The notes under the pieces: generated by a model
Database searches by the model: none
Told to the model about the DNA's origin: nothing
Seen by the model: only the letters and a program-made list of their open reading frames with translations
Assembly (NCBI GenBank): GCA_964539395.1
Contig: CAZIIU010000014.1
Location: 8,304 to 72,303, forward strand
DNA: 64,000 bases
Reading direction: 5' to 3'
From: an uncultured Bacteroidaceae bacterium
GTDB taxonomy: Bacteria; Bacteroidota; Bacteroidia; Bacteroidales; GCA-2748055
Translations under genes and position numbers: made by a program
Part shown: piece after piece, positions 8,627 to 17,835 of the stretch
How the letters are laid out: the number at the start of each line of letters is the position of its first letter
Position numbering within the stretch: the first letter of the stretch is position 1

Positions 8627-11041
8627 TCAGCGTATTATCACAGCATCTTCGGGACAAACCTGGCGGCAGCCGTCACACTTGATGCAAAGCTCCAGGTTAA
8701 TCTCATGCTTCTCATGGGGTTTAAATGGGATGGCATCGACCGGACAATCCTGTGCACATAACGTGCAACCGATACAATCGTCGGTGATCTCATAGTGGAT
8801 AAGTTCCTTGCATTTGCCTGTCGGACAGGTTCCCTGGATATGAGCCTCATACTCGTCCCGGAAAAATGCAAGCGTCGTCCTGATCGGGTTTGGCGCGGTC
8901 TTTCCAAGTCCGCAGAGGCTGCCCTTCGTGGTCCACTCCGCCAGCCTTTCCAACTCTTCGAGGTCCTTCATCACACCCTTCCCAACAGTGATCTTCTCAA
9001 GTATCTCGAGCATCCGTTTTGTACCGATCCTGCAGAAGGTGCATTTTCCGCACGACTCATTCTGTGTGAATGAGAGGAAGTATTTTGCCATATCGACCAT
9101 GCAGTCGGTATCATCAAGCACCACCATTCCTCCGGAACCCATCATTGCACCCACTTCAGAGAGCGATTCAAAATCGATTGGTGTATCCGCCATGGTCGCG
9201 GGTATACACCCACCCGATGGTCCGCCTATCTGTATCGCCTTGAATGTCCGACCATTGGCCACCCCACCGCCGATCTCCTCCACGACTTCCCTGATGGTCA
9301 TCCCCATCGGCACCTCAATCAAACCGCCCCGGGCTACCTTTCCCGCCAGTGCAAATACCTTTGTTCCCCTCGATTTTTCTGTTCCCACGCCATTAAAGGC
9401 ATTAGCATTGTGACGCATAATATAGGCTACTTTTGCCAGAGTCTCAACGTTGTTTACAAGGGTCGGCTTACTCCAGAGTCCGGACACAGCCGGGTACGGC
9501 GGTCTCATCCTGGGAAAGCCGCGTTTTCCCTCGATGGATGCGAGCAGAGCGGTCTCCTCACCACAGACAAAGGCACCTGCACCCTGGTAGATTCGCAGAT
9601 CGAAACTAAATCCGCTATCAAGAATACCTTCGCCGAGGAGTCCCTCCTCATAACATTTTTCAATTGCCTCCTGCACCCTTTTAACAGCGAGCGGGTACTC
9701 AGCACGGATATACATGATCCCCTCATCGGCACCAACGGCATAACCTGCAATTATAACCCCTTCAATAATCCTGTAGGGGTATGATTCGAGCAACATCCGG
9801 TCCATGAATGCACCCGGGTCACCTTCATCACCATTGCAGATTACGTACTTCTTATCACTTTTCTGGTCGGCCACCAACTGCCACTTCGTCCCCGTTGAAA
9901 AACCGGCACCTCCCCTTCCCCTGATGCCACTGTCCATTATTTCATTGATCACCTCCCCTGGCGACCTCTCCAAACTCTTTTTCAGCGCCAGAAAACCCTG
10001 TCGCTCCTTGTATTCCTGAATATCCACCGGATTGATCACCCCCCTGAATTCAGTGGCAATCGGTTTTTGCCTGTCGAGGAAAGCAGCTACATGTTTTTCC
10101 CTGATATTCAAGGAATAGCGATCAACTCCCGACCACTTTCCATCGTCGACTATTCCCTCAATAGCGTTTGTTATCTGACTTTTTAATCTGTCAAATAATC
10201 CCTTAGGTCTGAAGTGGTTGCGCACGATCTGTCCCACATCAACGGCTTGTACCTTTGAATAGAGTACCGTCTCCCCAACTGCAGGAACCACCTCTACCAG
10301 GGGTACCTGGTGACACATCCCCACGCATCCCACATGCTTCAGTTTTACATTCAGGTGGTTTCTTTCGATTGTGTTCTGCACCGCATCCCTGATTTCATCA
10401 CTTCCACTTGCCACACAACAGGAGCCCAGTCCGATCCGGATCTCTCCCTGTATCTCCTCACCAGTTGCCTTTCTGAACCGCCGCCTGCTACCACCGTCCT
10501 TTTCGCGTTCAAAATCGCCCAGCACATTGGCTACACTGCCTGAGGCTACATGACCATAGGTGATGTTATCGATCTGAACCACCGGTGCAAGGGTACAGCA
10601 TCCCAGGCAGTTCACCTTTTCAACCGTATATTTCTTATCCTCAGAAGTGTCATATGCCTCCCCAATGTTCAACTCACGGCGGAGGGCATCGTAAACCTGA
10701 CCGGCTCCCTTCACATGACAGGCAGTACCAACACATACTTTGACCATATGGTCACCCGCCGGCTTAAACCTGAACTGTGAATAGAAGCTGGCAACGCCCG
10801 TGATCATGGCTGGAGTGATCTCGGAGTTCTCACAGACACGACGCAATGCCTCCTCAGGAAGGTAATTATATTTCTCCTGGATTGCCTGCAACACCGGGAT
10901 GACAGAGGACTGTTTCCTTCCCAGTCTCTCTAAGAACTCATCAATTTCCCGGAACGGATCTGTCACAATTTCACTTACGGACTCATGCTTCATCTCCGAA
11001 TCATCTGCGATCTTATCAAAATCTGAATTTCTATTCATCAT
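8627..11041 (-). CDS. NuoE-NuoF (HydC-HydB / BfuC-BfuB) fusion: NADH-oxidising FMN/Fe-S subunit with C-terminal 2[4Fe-4S] ferredoxin
   Basis: NuoE CVGTACH...CLGCC; thioredoxin-like GSCC...GCVGMC; GRGGAGF, CNGDEGDPGAFMDR, GAFVCGEETAL, GGPSGGC, ESCGKCTFCR, CIGCTLCAQDCP/CIKCDGCRQVCP. Start uncertain (11065 TTG, 11041 or 10993 ATG). Confidence 0.9.
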   Translation of the reverse strand: MMNRNSDFDKIADDSEMKHESVSEIVTDPFREIDEFLERLGRKQSSVIPVLQAIQEKYNYLPEEALRRVCENSEITPAMITGVASFYSQFRFKPAGDHMVKVCVGTACHVKGAGQVYDALRRELNIGEAYDTSEDKKYTVEKVNCLGCCTLAPVVQIDNITYGHVASGSVANVLGDFEREKDGGSRRRFRKATGEEIQGEIRIGLGSCCVASGSDEIRDAVQNTIERNHLNVKLKHVGCVGMCHQVPLVEVVPAVGETVLYSKVQAVDVGQIVRNHFRPKGLFDRLKSQITNAIEGIVDDGKWSGVDRYSLNIREKHVAAFLDRQKPIATEFRGVINPVDIQEYKERQGFLALKKSLERSPGEVINEIMDSGIRGRGGAGFSTGTKWQLVADQKSDKKYVICNGDEGDPGAFMDRMLLESYPYRIIEGVIIAGYAVGADEGIMYIRAEYPLAVKRVQEAIEKCYEEGLLGEGILDSGFSFDLRIYQGAGAFVCGEETALLASIEGKRGFPRMRPPYPAVSGLWSKPTLVNNVETLAKVAYIMRHNANAFNGVGTEKSRGTKVFALAGKVARGGLIEVPMGMTIREVVEEIGGGVANGRTFKAIQIGGPSGGCIPATMADTPIDFESLSEVGAMMGSGGMVVLDDTDCMVDMAKYFLSFTQNESCGKCTFCRIGTKRMLEILEKITVGKGVMKDLEELERLAEWTTKGSLCGLGKTAPNPIRTTLAFFRDEYEAHIQGTCPTGKCKELIHYEITDDCIGCTLCAQDCPVDAIPFKPHEKHEINLELCIKCDGCRQVCPEDAVIIR

Positions 11042-11140
11042 CTTTCCCTTCACGAACCTGTTCAACTTACCATTGCAAAATACTTTCTCTTCTCAACTGC
11101 CCGGAAGTACCCTACCGTTCATAAACCTTTTCTCGAAATT

Positions 11141-11310
11141 AAATCAATACAACCTGTCTATTCTTCAACTGCCCTCCAGCACCACATATCCACGAGCCTT
11201 TTCTTCTAACCAAATCAACAAAACCTGTCTATTCTTCAACTGCCCTCCAGCACCATAAATCCACGAGCCATTTCTTCTAACCAAATCAACAAAAACTACC
11301 TATTCTTCCA
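11141..11310. repeat. 71-bp intergenic tandem repeat, ~2.3 copies
   Basis: AACCTGTCTATTCTTCAACTGCCCTCCAGCACCA...CCACGAGCC.TTTCTTCTAACCAAATCAACA starts at 11151 and 11222; degenerate third start near 11294. Confidence 0.9.
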
Positions 11311-11345
11311 TTGTCCGGAATTGCCGAACACTAAACGAACCTTCT

Positions 11346-13247
11346 CTATTCGCCGATACAATACAAACTTTCATCGCCCCTGATATAAATGCGGCCCTCT
11401 GCAAAGGCCGGGATTGCATATGATGCTTCACCCAGAGCCGGTTCGTTGATCACAGTTCCGGTTCGATCGGCCTTCATGATATGCATAATACCGTTATTGC
11501 CCATGATATACACTCTTTTATCCACGATCATGGGGGAGCTGTATAGTGTCGTGCCAAAATCCTTTTCCCAGACCTGTTCACCTGTTTTTGCATCATAGCA
11601 GACAAATACCCCGTAGCTTGTTGCAAGGTAGAGCAACCCATCGTGGGCCACCGGACTTGCTGCTTCAGAGAGGTAATCGTAGCTCTCCCAGACCACCTCA
11701 GCATTAGGCACCGGCTTAATCGCAACAAGGCTGGCATATTCATTATTGGCAAATACAAGTCCGTCGTCGTAGGCACACGACGGTCCCACCTCACCCATCA
11801 TCACATCCAGCTTCCAGACCTCTTTCCCTGTTTCGAGGTCGTGTCCTGCCACACTTGGATCGGTATTGGTCACAACCTGCATCTTACCATCCACCTCAAT
11901 AAGAATCGGCGATGCCCAGGAGATATGGTTATCGCGTTGTATATCCCATACGGTTTCTCCTGTCTGGCCATTAAGTGCCAGCATGCGTCCACCCCGGCCG
12001 GTATCGTATTGAATGATCAGCTTATTGTTCCAGACCATCAATGAGGATGAATGACCATAATGGTTCTGAGGCACCCCAAGGTTGCGGGCCCAAACGCGGT
12101 TTCCGTTCATGTCGAATGCGATTACATCGCCAGTGGCGAAAATGGCGTAAGCCCTGTAACCGTCAACTGCCATGGTGGGTGCTGACAACCCGGTATCGTC
12201 AGTGACCTTTGGCATGACAGCGGGCGATCCTTCGATGTTATCGGCTGACTTTTCCCACAGCAGCTGTCCGGTATGACGGTTAAAGCAGCTCACAATACGT
12301 GCGCTGTTATCGGCACCTGCAAGAAATAACTTGTCGCCCCAGATAACCGGGGAATTATAACCATGTTTAGAAAGAGCAACTTTCCAGATTACGTTGCTAC
12401 CTGCGGCACCATCCCAATTCACCGGAATATTCCTATGATAGGAGATCCCGAGTCCCCACGGACCCCTGAAAGTGTTGTGGTGCTTTTTTACCTCTGTCAG
12501 ACCGTAAGGTTTTTCCTTAACCTTACCTGTTCCTGCCTGCTCAGTCAGGGGATCACCTGCTGCAACTGCACTTTCAGATGCACCTGCTACCTCCGGTCCA
12601 TTATTCCCGGCTCCTTCAGCTATCCGCGCAACCTGTCCGGCCTCATCCTGTGTTGTCCCATCGCCTTCAGAAGAAACCTCTTCACCGACCGGTAATGAAC
12701 CATCGGTGATCTCAATGACCTGAATCCCTTCATCAACAGCGGCAACTGCAGTTGAACCTCCCTCATCCGGAAAATAGTTGTCGAGGTAATTATTGCTAAA
12801 AAATGCAGCAACGAACGCCAGTCCGAATACTACAATCCCAGTTACAAGAAGCCATCTCCAGGCAGCTTTTCTTGCCTGCAGGAACGATTCACCTTCGGGG
12901 TCGGGCCGACCGATGGTATGTTGTTGGTCGGTGAATATTTTGAGGGATATCGCGAATACGATGCCCCCGAAGAGCAGCAGGAAGACACCGGTTTTGATCT
13001 GCCAGGTTGAGGTGAAATAGGCCTTTCTTACCAGCAGATCGAAATCGCGGATCTCCTCCATCAGCTGTTCATTGTTGGGATCCTCCTCAAGCTGCTCAAC
13101 AAGCGCATTTAGTGTGGCACTCTCCAGCGGTTCATATTTTTTTAGCTGAACAAAATTGATCAGCAACAATGCAGCAACCAGCAGGGTAAAGATCCCTGAT
13201 ATCTGCATCCCTTGCTTCGCAAGTTTTAATTTCTCTTCCCTGGTCAT
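11346..13247 (-). CDS. Membrane-anchored PQQ-like beta-propeller protein (3 N-terminal TM helices, acidic linker)
   Basis: Three hydrophobic segments, E/G/A-rich linker, TFRGP, SPVIWGD, YGHSSS, SWASP, SSPMI blade motifs. Confidence 0.85.
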   Translation of the reverse strand: MTREEKLKLAKQGMQISGIFTLLVAALLLINFVQLKKYEPLESATLNALVEQLEEDPNNEQLMEEIRDFDLLVRKAYFTSTWQIKTGVFLLLFGGIVFAISLKIFTDQQHTIGRPDPEGESFLQARKAAWRWLLVTGIVVFGLAFVAAFFSNNYLDNYFPDEGGSTAVAAVDEGIQVIEITDGSLPVGEEVSSEGDGTTQDEAGQVARIAEGAGNNGPEVAGASESAVAAGDPLTEQAGTGKVKEKPYGLTEVKKHHNTFRGPWGLGISYHRNIPVNWDGAAGSNVIWKVALSKHGYNSPVIWGDKLFLAGADNSARIVSCFNRHTGQLLWEKSADNIEGSPAVMPKVTDDTGLSAPTMAVDGYRAYAIFATGDVIAFDMNGNRVWARNLGVPQNHYGHSSSLMVWNNKLIIQYDTGRGGRMLALNGQTGETVWDIQRDNHISWASPILIEVDGKMQVVTNTDPSVAGHDLETGKEVWKLDVMMGEVGPSCAYDDGLVFANNEYASLVAIKPVPNAEVVWESYDYLSEAASPVAHDGLLYLATSYGVFVCYDAKTGEQVWEKDFGTTLYSSPMIVDKRVYIMGNNGIMHIMKADRTGTVINEPALGEASYAIPAFAEGRIYIRGDESLYCIGE

Positions 13248-13249
13248 CT

Positions 13250-14524
13250 CTAAAACTTTTTATCTACCGGACAATAGTCAATGCATCTGCCACAGCTGAA
13301 GCAGTCGCCTTTGTGGGGTTCATAATCGGTTCGTTTTCTGAGGATAAACTGGTTCATAATCATAATCCCGAGCACCAGACCCAGGTACCCTCCAAGGAAC
13401 CATCCACCCTTTTTAAATTTTGTTCTTATGACAGAGGCCTTCTCTACGAGCTGGTCCATCGACTCGCCCGATTCAAGGAACGCCTGGATATCCAAATTCT
13501 CCTCATCAGCTTTGAGCTCCGGGTGTTTAATGAGCAATTCCGACAGGTAAACATCCGGATGGGCCTTCGAAAGTGCGATGTGTGCACTTGAGACAGCGAG
13601 GCCGCCCAGGAATGCCCATACCGGTACCAGCAATCCGAAAATGGCATACTGCCTCAGGAATTTCCGTACAGTTGAACCGGTCCTTACCTTTTCATCGGAG
13701 GGAGCCTCAATGGCATCGAACGGACATGAGTTGGCGCACAGCTTGCAGTTGATACATTCGGCCGGGGTGATAGATACATGCTTTTTAGAAAAGCGCGACA
13801 TCCATCCGAGCAGCACACTGTATGGACAGAACACCCTGCAGTAAGGCCGTGCAAAGAACATTCCAATCAGCAGAAGGGCGATCCCCAGGATAATCATTGT
13901 ATAAGGACCGTCCATTCGGAAAATCCCCACAAAAGGATCGTACCTGCAAATGATAAAATCGGTTCCGGTAGCTGCAAACAGCACCGCCAATCCCAGATAG
14001 ACATGGGGGATGAACGACAGGGTTTTGCGAACCCAGCTGGAGACCGAAATTGGTTTAATGATCACAAGGTCCTGGATGGCACCCAGCGGACAGGCGGCAG
14101 CACAAAAGGTTCGTCCATAGAACAGGGTAAAAACCAGCGGCAACAGGAAGAACAGCAGCACTGCAACCGATATTTTATACGAGGGATCGAAAATTGTAAG
14201 GGTTACATTCTGAACAGAACCGATCGGGCATATGCAGCCGTTCCTGTAAAAGCCGAAATAGAGCAGTGTGAATACAGTGGTCCAGAGTACACCACGCCGG
14301 GAACGCCTTTTCAGGATGAACCAGGTGGCGAGGGATATTACAGCGATCAGCACCAGCACATCGACAAACTCAAGTGCAACAGCACGCGGCTCAGGTGTTG
14401 TAACATCCGGTTGCTCGTAACCACTTTCAAATTCCGGCTTCGGGAAACGCTGCTGGGCATTGATTGCGACAAAGGTGAAGATTATCAGCAGAAACAGGCC
14501 CGTTTTAAAACTAATCCTGATCAT
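13250..14524 (-). CDS. Membrane-bound 4Fe-4S binding protein (NapH/MauN/RdxA-like)
   Basis: Multiple TM helices; GCICP, GRTFCAAACPLG, RPYCRVFCP, CINCKLCANSCP, CFSCGRCIDYCP. Confidence 0.87.
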   Translation of the reverse strand: MIRISFKTGLFLLIIFTFVAINAQQRFPKPEFESGYEQPDVTTPEPRAVALEFVDVLVLIAVISLATWFILKRRSRRGVLWTTVFTLLYFGFYRNGCICPIGSVQNVTLTIFDPSYKISVAVLLFFLLPLVFTLFYGRTFCAAACPLGAIQDLVIIKPISVSSWVRKTLSFIPHVYLGLAVLFAATGTDFIICRYDPFVGIFRMDGPYTMIILGIALLLIGMFFARPYCRVFCPYSVLLGWMSRFSKKHVSITPAECINCKLCANSCPFDAIEAPSDEKVRTGSTVRKFLRQYAIFGLLVPVWAFLGGLAVSSAHIALSKAHPDVYLSELLIKHPELKADEENLDIQAFLESGESMDQLVEKASVIRTKFKKGGWFLGGYLGLVLGIMIMNQFILRKRTDYEPHKGDCFSCGRCIDYCPVDKKF

Positions 14525-15132
14525 ATGGCCTTCTCCCCATCATTGTTTGGTCCAAAATCGCCTTTGATCATATACGGTTTACTGGCCGGCACACGGCTGA
14601 TGGCATCTGACGGGCATACACGGGCAATGGCACACTCATTGCAGTTCACACAGATGTTGTGCCTGATCTGAAGGTGGAAGGAGCCGTTGCCGAATGAACT
14701 GCACCCTTTAACACATTTACCACATCCGAAACAGAGCTCTTCATCGATGATATATTCAAAGTAGGGTTCCTCAATAAACCGCCGCTCAATGGCCGCGGCC
14801 GGACAAAGCTGCTTCTCGGCCCCGGTCTGCAGGTCGGTCACCCCCGGCTTGAAATAACCGCCACAGAGATCACAATAACCGCACAGATCATAGGCATGAA
14901 CACATTTAACTGCTGAAGGCGCAAGAACACAGTCGGTGGCACATCGACCGCACTGACTGCATTTAAAGGGATCGATCTGCCAGACCATTTTTTCTTTGCC
15001 GGAATTGACTGCAGCCAGTGTTCCCACACCGGCCAGTGATAGTCCTAATGTAAGTCGTGCGCTCTTGTTGATAAAAGAGCGCCTGTCGTATGCCTTATCC
15101 TGATCCTTTTCGTTATCCTTATCCTTTTTCAT
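14521..15132 (-). CDS. Tat-signal polyferredoxin (about four [4Fe-4S]; NapG/MauM-like role)
   Basis: DRRSFI followed by a hydrophobic stretch; 17 Cys including CSQCGRCATDC, CGYCDLC, CFGCGKCVKGC, CVNCNEC.....CP. Confidence 0.85.
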   Translation of the reverse strand: MKKDKDNEKDQDKAYDRRSFINKSARLTLGLSLAGVGTLAAVNSGKEKMVWQIDPFKCSQCGRCATDCVLAPSAVKCVHAYDLCGYCDLCGGYFKPGVTDLQTGAEKQLCPAAAIERRFIEEPYFEYIIDEELCFGCGKCVKGCSSFGNGSFHLQIRHNICVNCNECAIARVCPSDAISRVPASKPYMIKGDFGPNNDGEKAI

Positions 15133-15334
15133 GTTCCTTCTCTTTAATAGCTTCAGGAAGCTTACAGCCGCTGAGCTTGCTACAACCCCGGCATGTTATT
15201 AGTGTCGGACAACCGTCTCCTGAATAGGTAATGCTCTTCTGTCTCCAGATCAGCCCGATCATCGCTGCCATACCTGCCAGGATGGTGGTCCTGCCCGTCA
15301 TCTGAATAAATTCTTTCCTGGTCATATCTGTCAC
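15119..15334 (-). CDS. Small single-TM Cys-rich protein with Tat-like N-terminus
   Basis: MTRKEFIQ + TM helix + CPTLITCRGCSKLSGC; overlaps both neighbours (translational coupling). Start 15334 (GTG) or 15325 (ATG). Confidence 0.7.
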   Translation of the reverse strand: MTDMTRKEFIQMTGRTTILAGMAAMIGLIWRQKSITYSGDGCPTLITCRGCSKLSGCKLPEAIKEKEHEKG

Positions 15335-16293
15335 TTTATTTTCTCAAAGACCCGTATCATGCTTTTATCGAAATCGAGAGCATATATCACATCATTCTCA
15401 TCCACGGCCACCTCCGGCGCCTTGCCATCATCAATAAATTTTTCGGGTGCCGCTACCACACCCTGCAGTTCACCTGAGCTGTCGTATACCTTGATTCGTA
15501 CCAACCCCTTTTCGCTGGTCACAAACGACCCGTCGGAGAGAACTGCGAGTTCAGCCGGGTTACAACATCCAGCAAAACCATCGATCTTCATCGAACCTTT
15601 CTGCCAGAAACCTCGCATCTTTCCATCATCGGAATAGTTCTCGATGGCATGCTTCCCGGTGTTTACCACCCATAGCTCCCCGTAGCTGTTCACTACCAGG
15701 TCGAAGCAGGCACTTGGGATGATAAAGCCGTGACCGGCAGCACTCTCCGATTTTCCCTCGAATTCACCCAGCAGTTCGCCGTCAAAATCATAGCGCAGTA
15801 CCCTCCTGTTACCGGCGTCGGCCACATAGAGCACATTGTCATTGGCAGCCATAGATGTAATAACACAGTTCTTTCCCGGTACTTCCCACGTTGCAATCAA
15901 ATCGCCTTCCTGCGAATATTTCTTAATATGGTCATCAAAACCGATAAAAACAGCTTCGTCCGTAACATGTATGCAGGTCCCTGTTCCCTCGATGCCGGTT
16001 TTCAGCTGTTGCACCCCTTCTGTGGTTACAGCCTGCAAAACCCCATTGCCAGTCAGCCATATAGTTCCATCCTTAATATCTATCCCTTCAGCTTTGTAGC
16101 CCCTAACCGGAAAATTTTTGGTCTCCCGGTAAGTGATAAGTGAGGAATCAACCGCCTTATACTCATCCACATTGTATTCGTAGGGATTATCACCCAGTTT
16201 GTCGGGCTGTTGCGAGGTGTAATCAGCGATGATCACTATAATGATTACGACCATTAACAGTGCAAATAGTAACGAAAGACCTCTCTTTTTCAT
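15331..16293 (-). CDS. Membrane-anchored NHL-repeat-like beta-propeller protein with GCCNP motif
   Basis: N-terminal TM (start MKKRG at 16293); LYVADAGNRRVLRYD, LWVVNTGKHAIE, FAGCCNP, VYALDF-like NHL blades. Confidence 0.8.
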   Translation of the reverse strand: MKKRGLSLLFALLMVVIIIVIIADYTSQQPDKLGDNPYEYNVDEYKAVDSSLITYRETKNFPVRGYKAEGIDIKDGTIWLTGNGVLQAVTTEGVQQLKTGIEGTGTCIHVTDEAVFIGFDDHIKKYSQEGDLIATWEVPGKNCVITSMAANDNVLYVADAGNRRVLRYDFDGELLGEFEGKSESAAGHGFIIPSACFDLVVNSYGELWVVNTGKHAIENYSDDGKMRGFWQKGSMKIDGFAGCCNPAELAVLSDGSFVTSEKGLVRIKVYDSSGELQGVVAAPEKFIDDGKAPEVAVDENDVIYALDFDKSMIRVFEKIK

Positions 16294-16303
16294 TCCTAAA
16301 CAA

Positions 16304-17752
16304 TTAAATCCTGTTTTTTGCCAGGTCAATGCATATCACGGTCTCTGAATCGCGTAGTACCATATAGCCGTTGGCCAGTGCCAGTGGCGCCCAGGCGTCG
16401 GCCCCATCTTCAATTACCCTGTAGCTGTCGAGTTCAATATACTCAGTTACCGAGGGTCTGGCAATCGTAAGCGTACCATCATCGCTCAGAATAAACAGCT
16501 TGTTATCGGCGATCATGTACGGACCAAGTCCAAACCGCACTGTCTGCCCGCTCGACCATACCACCTCAGTAAAATCGTCGGGGTGAACGCATATCAGCTG
16601 GTTTCTCAGCGGACCGGCATCCTTTGGGAGAATTCCCAGCAGGTGATCCTTATAAATTACCGGGGTTTGTTGTTCAGAGGCAAGACCATCACGCGGACTG
16701 TACTCCTGCAGTACCTCTGCTACGAATCCGCTGGATGACCGGTTCAACTGAAGCACCATACTTCCTGCACCATACCCTGCAGATAAGAATATCTTCCCAT
16801 CGGGAAGACCAACAGGTGCAGGAGCGACCACATTGTGCCGCCATTCCGGGGCTGTCCAGAGGATATCTCCTGCATCCCTGCCTTCAGCCTTTACACCTAT
16901 AGCTGCCCCAATGGCACTGTAAAGGTACATTTTCACACCGTCGAATTCATAAGGCAGGATGGAGGAGTGGGACATTCCCCAACCGCCGTCGTTGGGGGTT
17001 TCCCAGACAATTTCCCCTGTTTCACAGTCGACAGCCACAAGGACACTTTTCCCGCCGGTGGCGATGATTGCCATTCCGTTGTCGACCAGCGGACACTGAC
17101 CGGTATACCATAATGGTACTTCGGAAGCGTACTCTTTTTCGATGTTCAGTCCCCACCTGAAGTCCCCATCCTCACGGTCAACACACATCACGTGACCCCT
17201 CGGACCAATGGTAACGATATAATCTTCCGTTACGGCTGGCACTGTTCGCGACATCCCATGGTTTCTTTTAATCACGACCTTATACCATCTGCGCCAGTAC
17301 TCAGCTCCTGTTACCAGGTCGAAGCATCGCAGCATGTCGGCCCGGAGATCCTCATCATAGTCGAGCATATAAACTTTCCCTTCGTAGATGGCAGCTCCTG
17401 CATGACCTTCTCCGAGGTGATGGGTCCAGAGTATCTCCGGTCCCGATTCGGGGAATGCATCAATCAGAGAGACGTCCGATCGGCTGATATTGTCAAAATG
17501 CTCACCGCGAAATCTTGGCCAGGTCTCATTCAGCTCTTTTTCAGTCCGACGGCCCGGTCTGCTGTTAAATTCTTCGTAGAACTCACCGATATTGATATCA
17601 AGATTCACCGCAACACCTTCACCCCTGTTGTCCATACCCGGAACACTCGGCACCAGCTCCTTTACCGGATCATTCGTTATCCACCAGGCAAGAGAGAAGA
17701 TTCCTGAGATTACCAACAGGTAGGGTATCAGTATGTTTGGTCGAAGTCTCAT
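16304..17752 (-). CDS. Membrane-anchored PQQ-like beta-propeller protein
   Basis: N-terminal TM, WPRFRGE, CFDLVTGAEYW, AVDCETGEIVW, WAPLAL. Confidence 0.85.
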   Translation of the reverse strand: MRLRPNILIPYLLVISGIFSLAWWITNDPVKELVPSVPGMDNRGEGVAVNLDINIGEFYEEFNSRPGRRTEKELNETWPRFRGEHFDNISRSDVSLIDAFPESGPEILWTHHLGEGHAGAAIYEGKVYMLDYDEDLRADMLRCFDLVTGAEYWRRWYKVVIKRNHGMSRTVPAVTEDYIVTIGPRGHVMCVDREDGDFRWGLNIEKEYASEVPLWYTGQCPLVDNGMAIIATGGKSVLVAVDCETGEIVWETPNDGGWGMSHSSILPYEFDGVKMYLYSAIGAAIGVKAEGRDAGDILWTAPEWRHNVVAPAPVGLPDGKIFLSAGYGAGSMVLQLNRSSSGFVAEVLQEYSPRDGLASEQQTPVIYKDHLLGILPKDAGPLRNQLICVHPDDFTEVVWSSGQTVRFGLGPYMIADNKLFILSDDGTLTIARPSVTEYIELDSYRVIEDGADAWAPLALANGYMVLRDSETVICIDLAKNRI

Positions 17753-17835
17753 TTATATTACCCGTTACACAATAATATTGTTACAGCACTTCAGTGTTAC
17801 TATTCACATTGCTCCTGGCGCGTCTGTTTAAATTC

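Noticed and set aside
6999-11065. Respiratory complex I nuoEFG, [FeFe]-hydrogenase or glutamate synthase gltD
   Set aside because: No other nuo genes, no H-cluster motifs, no gltB, and the GltD-like part lacks the NADPH domain.
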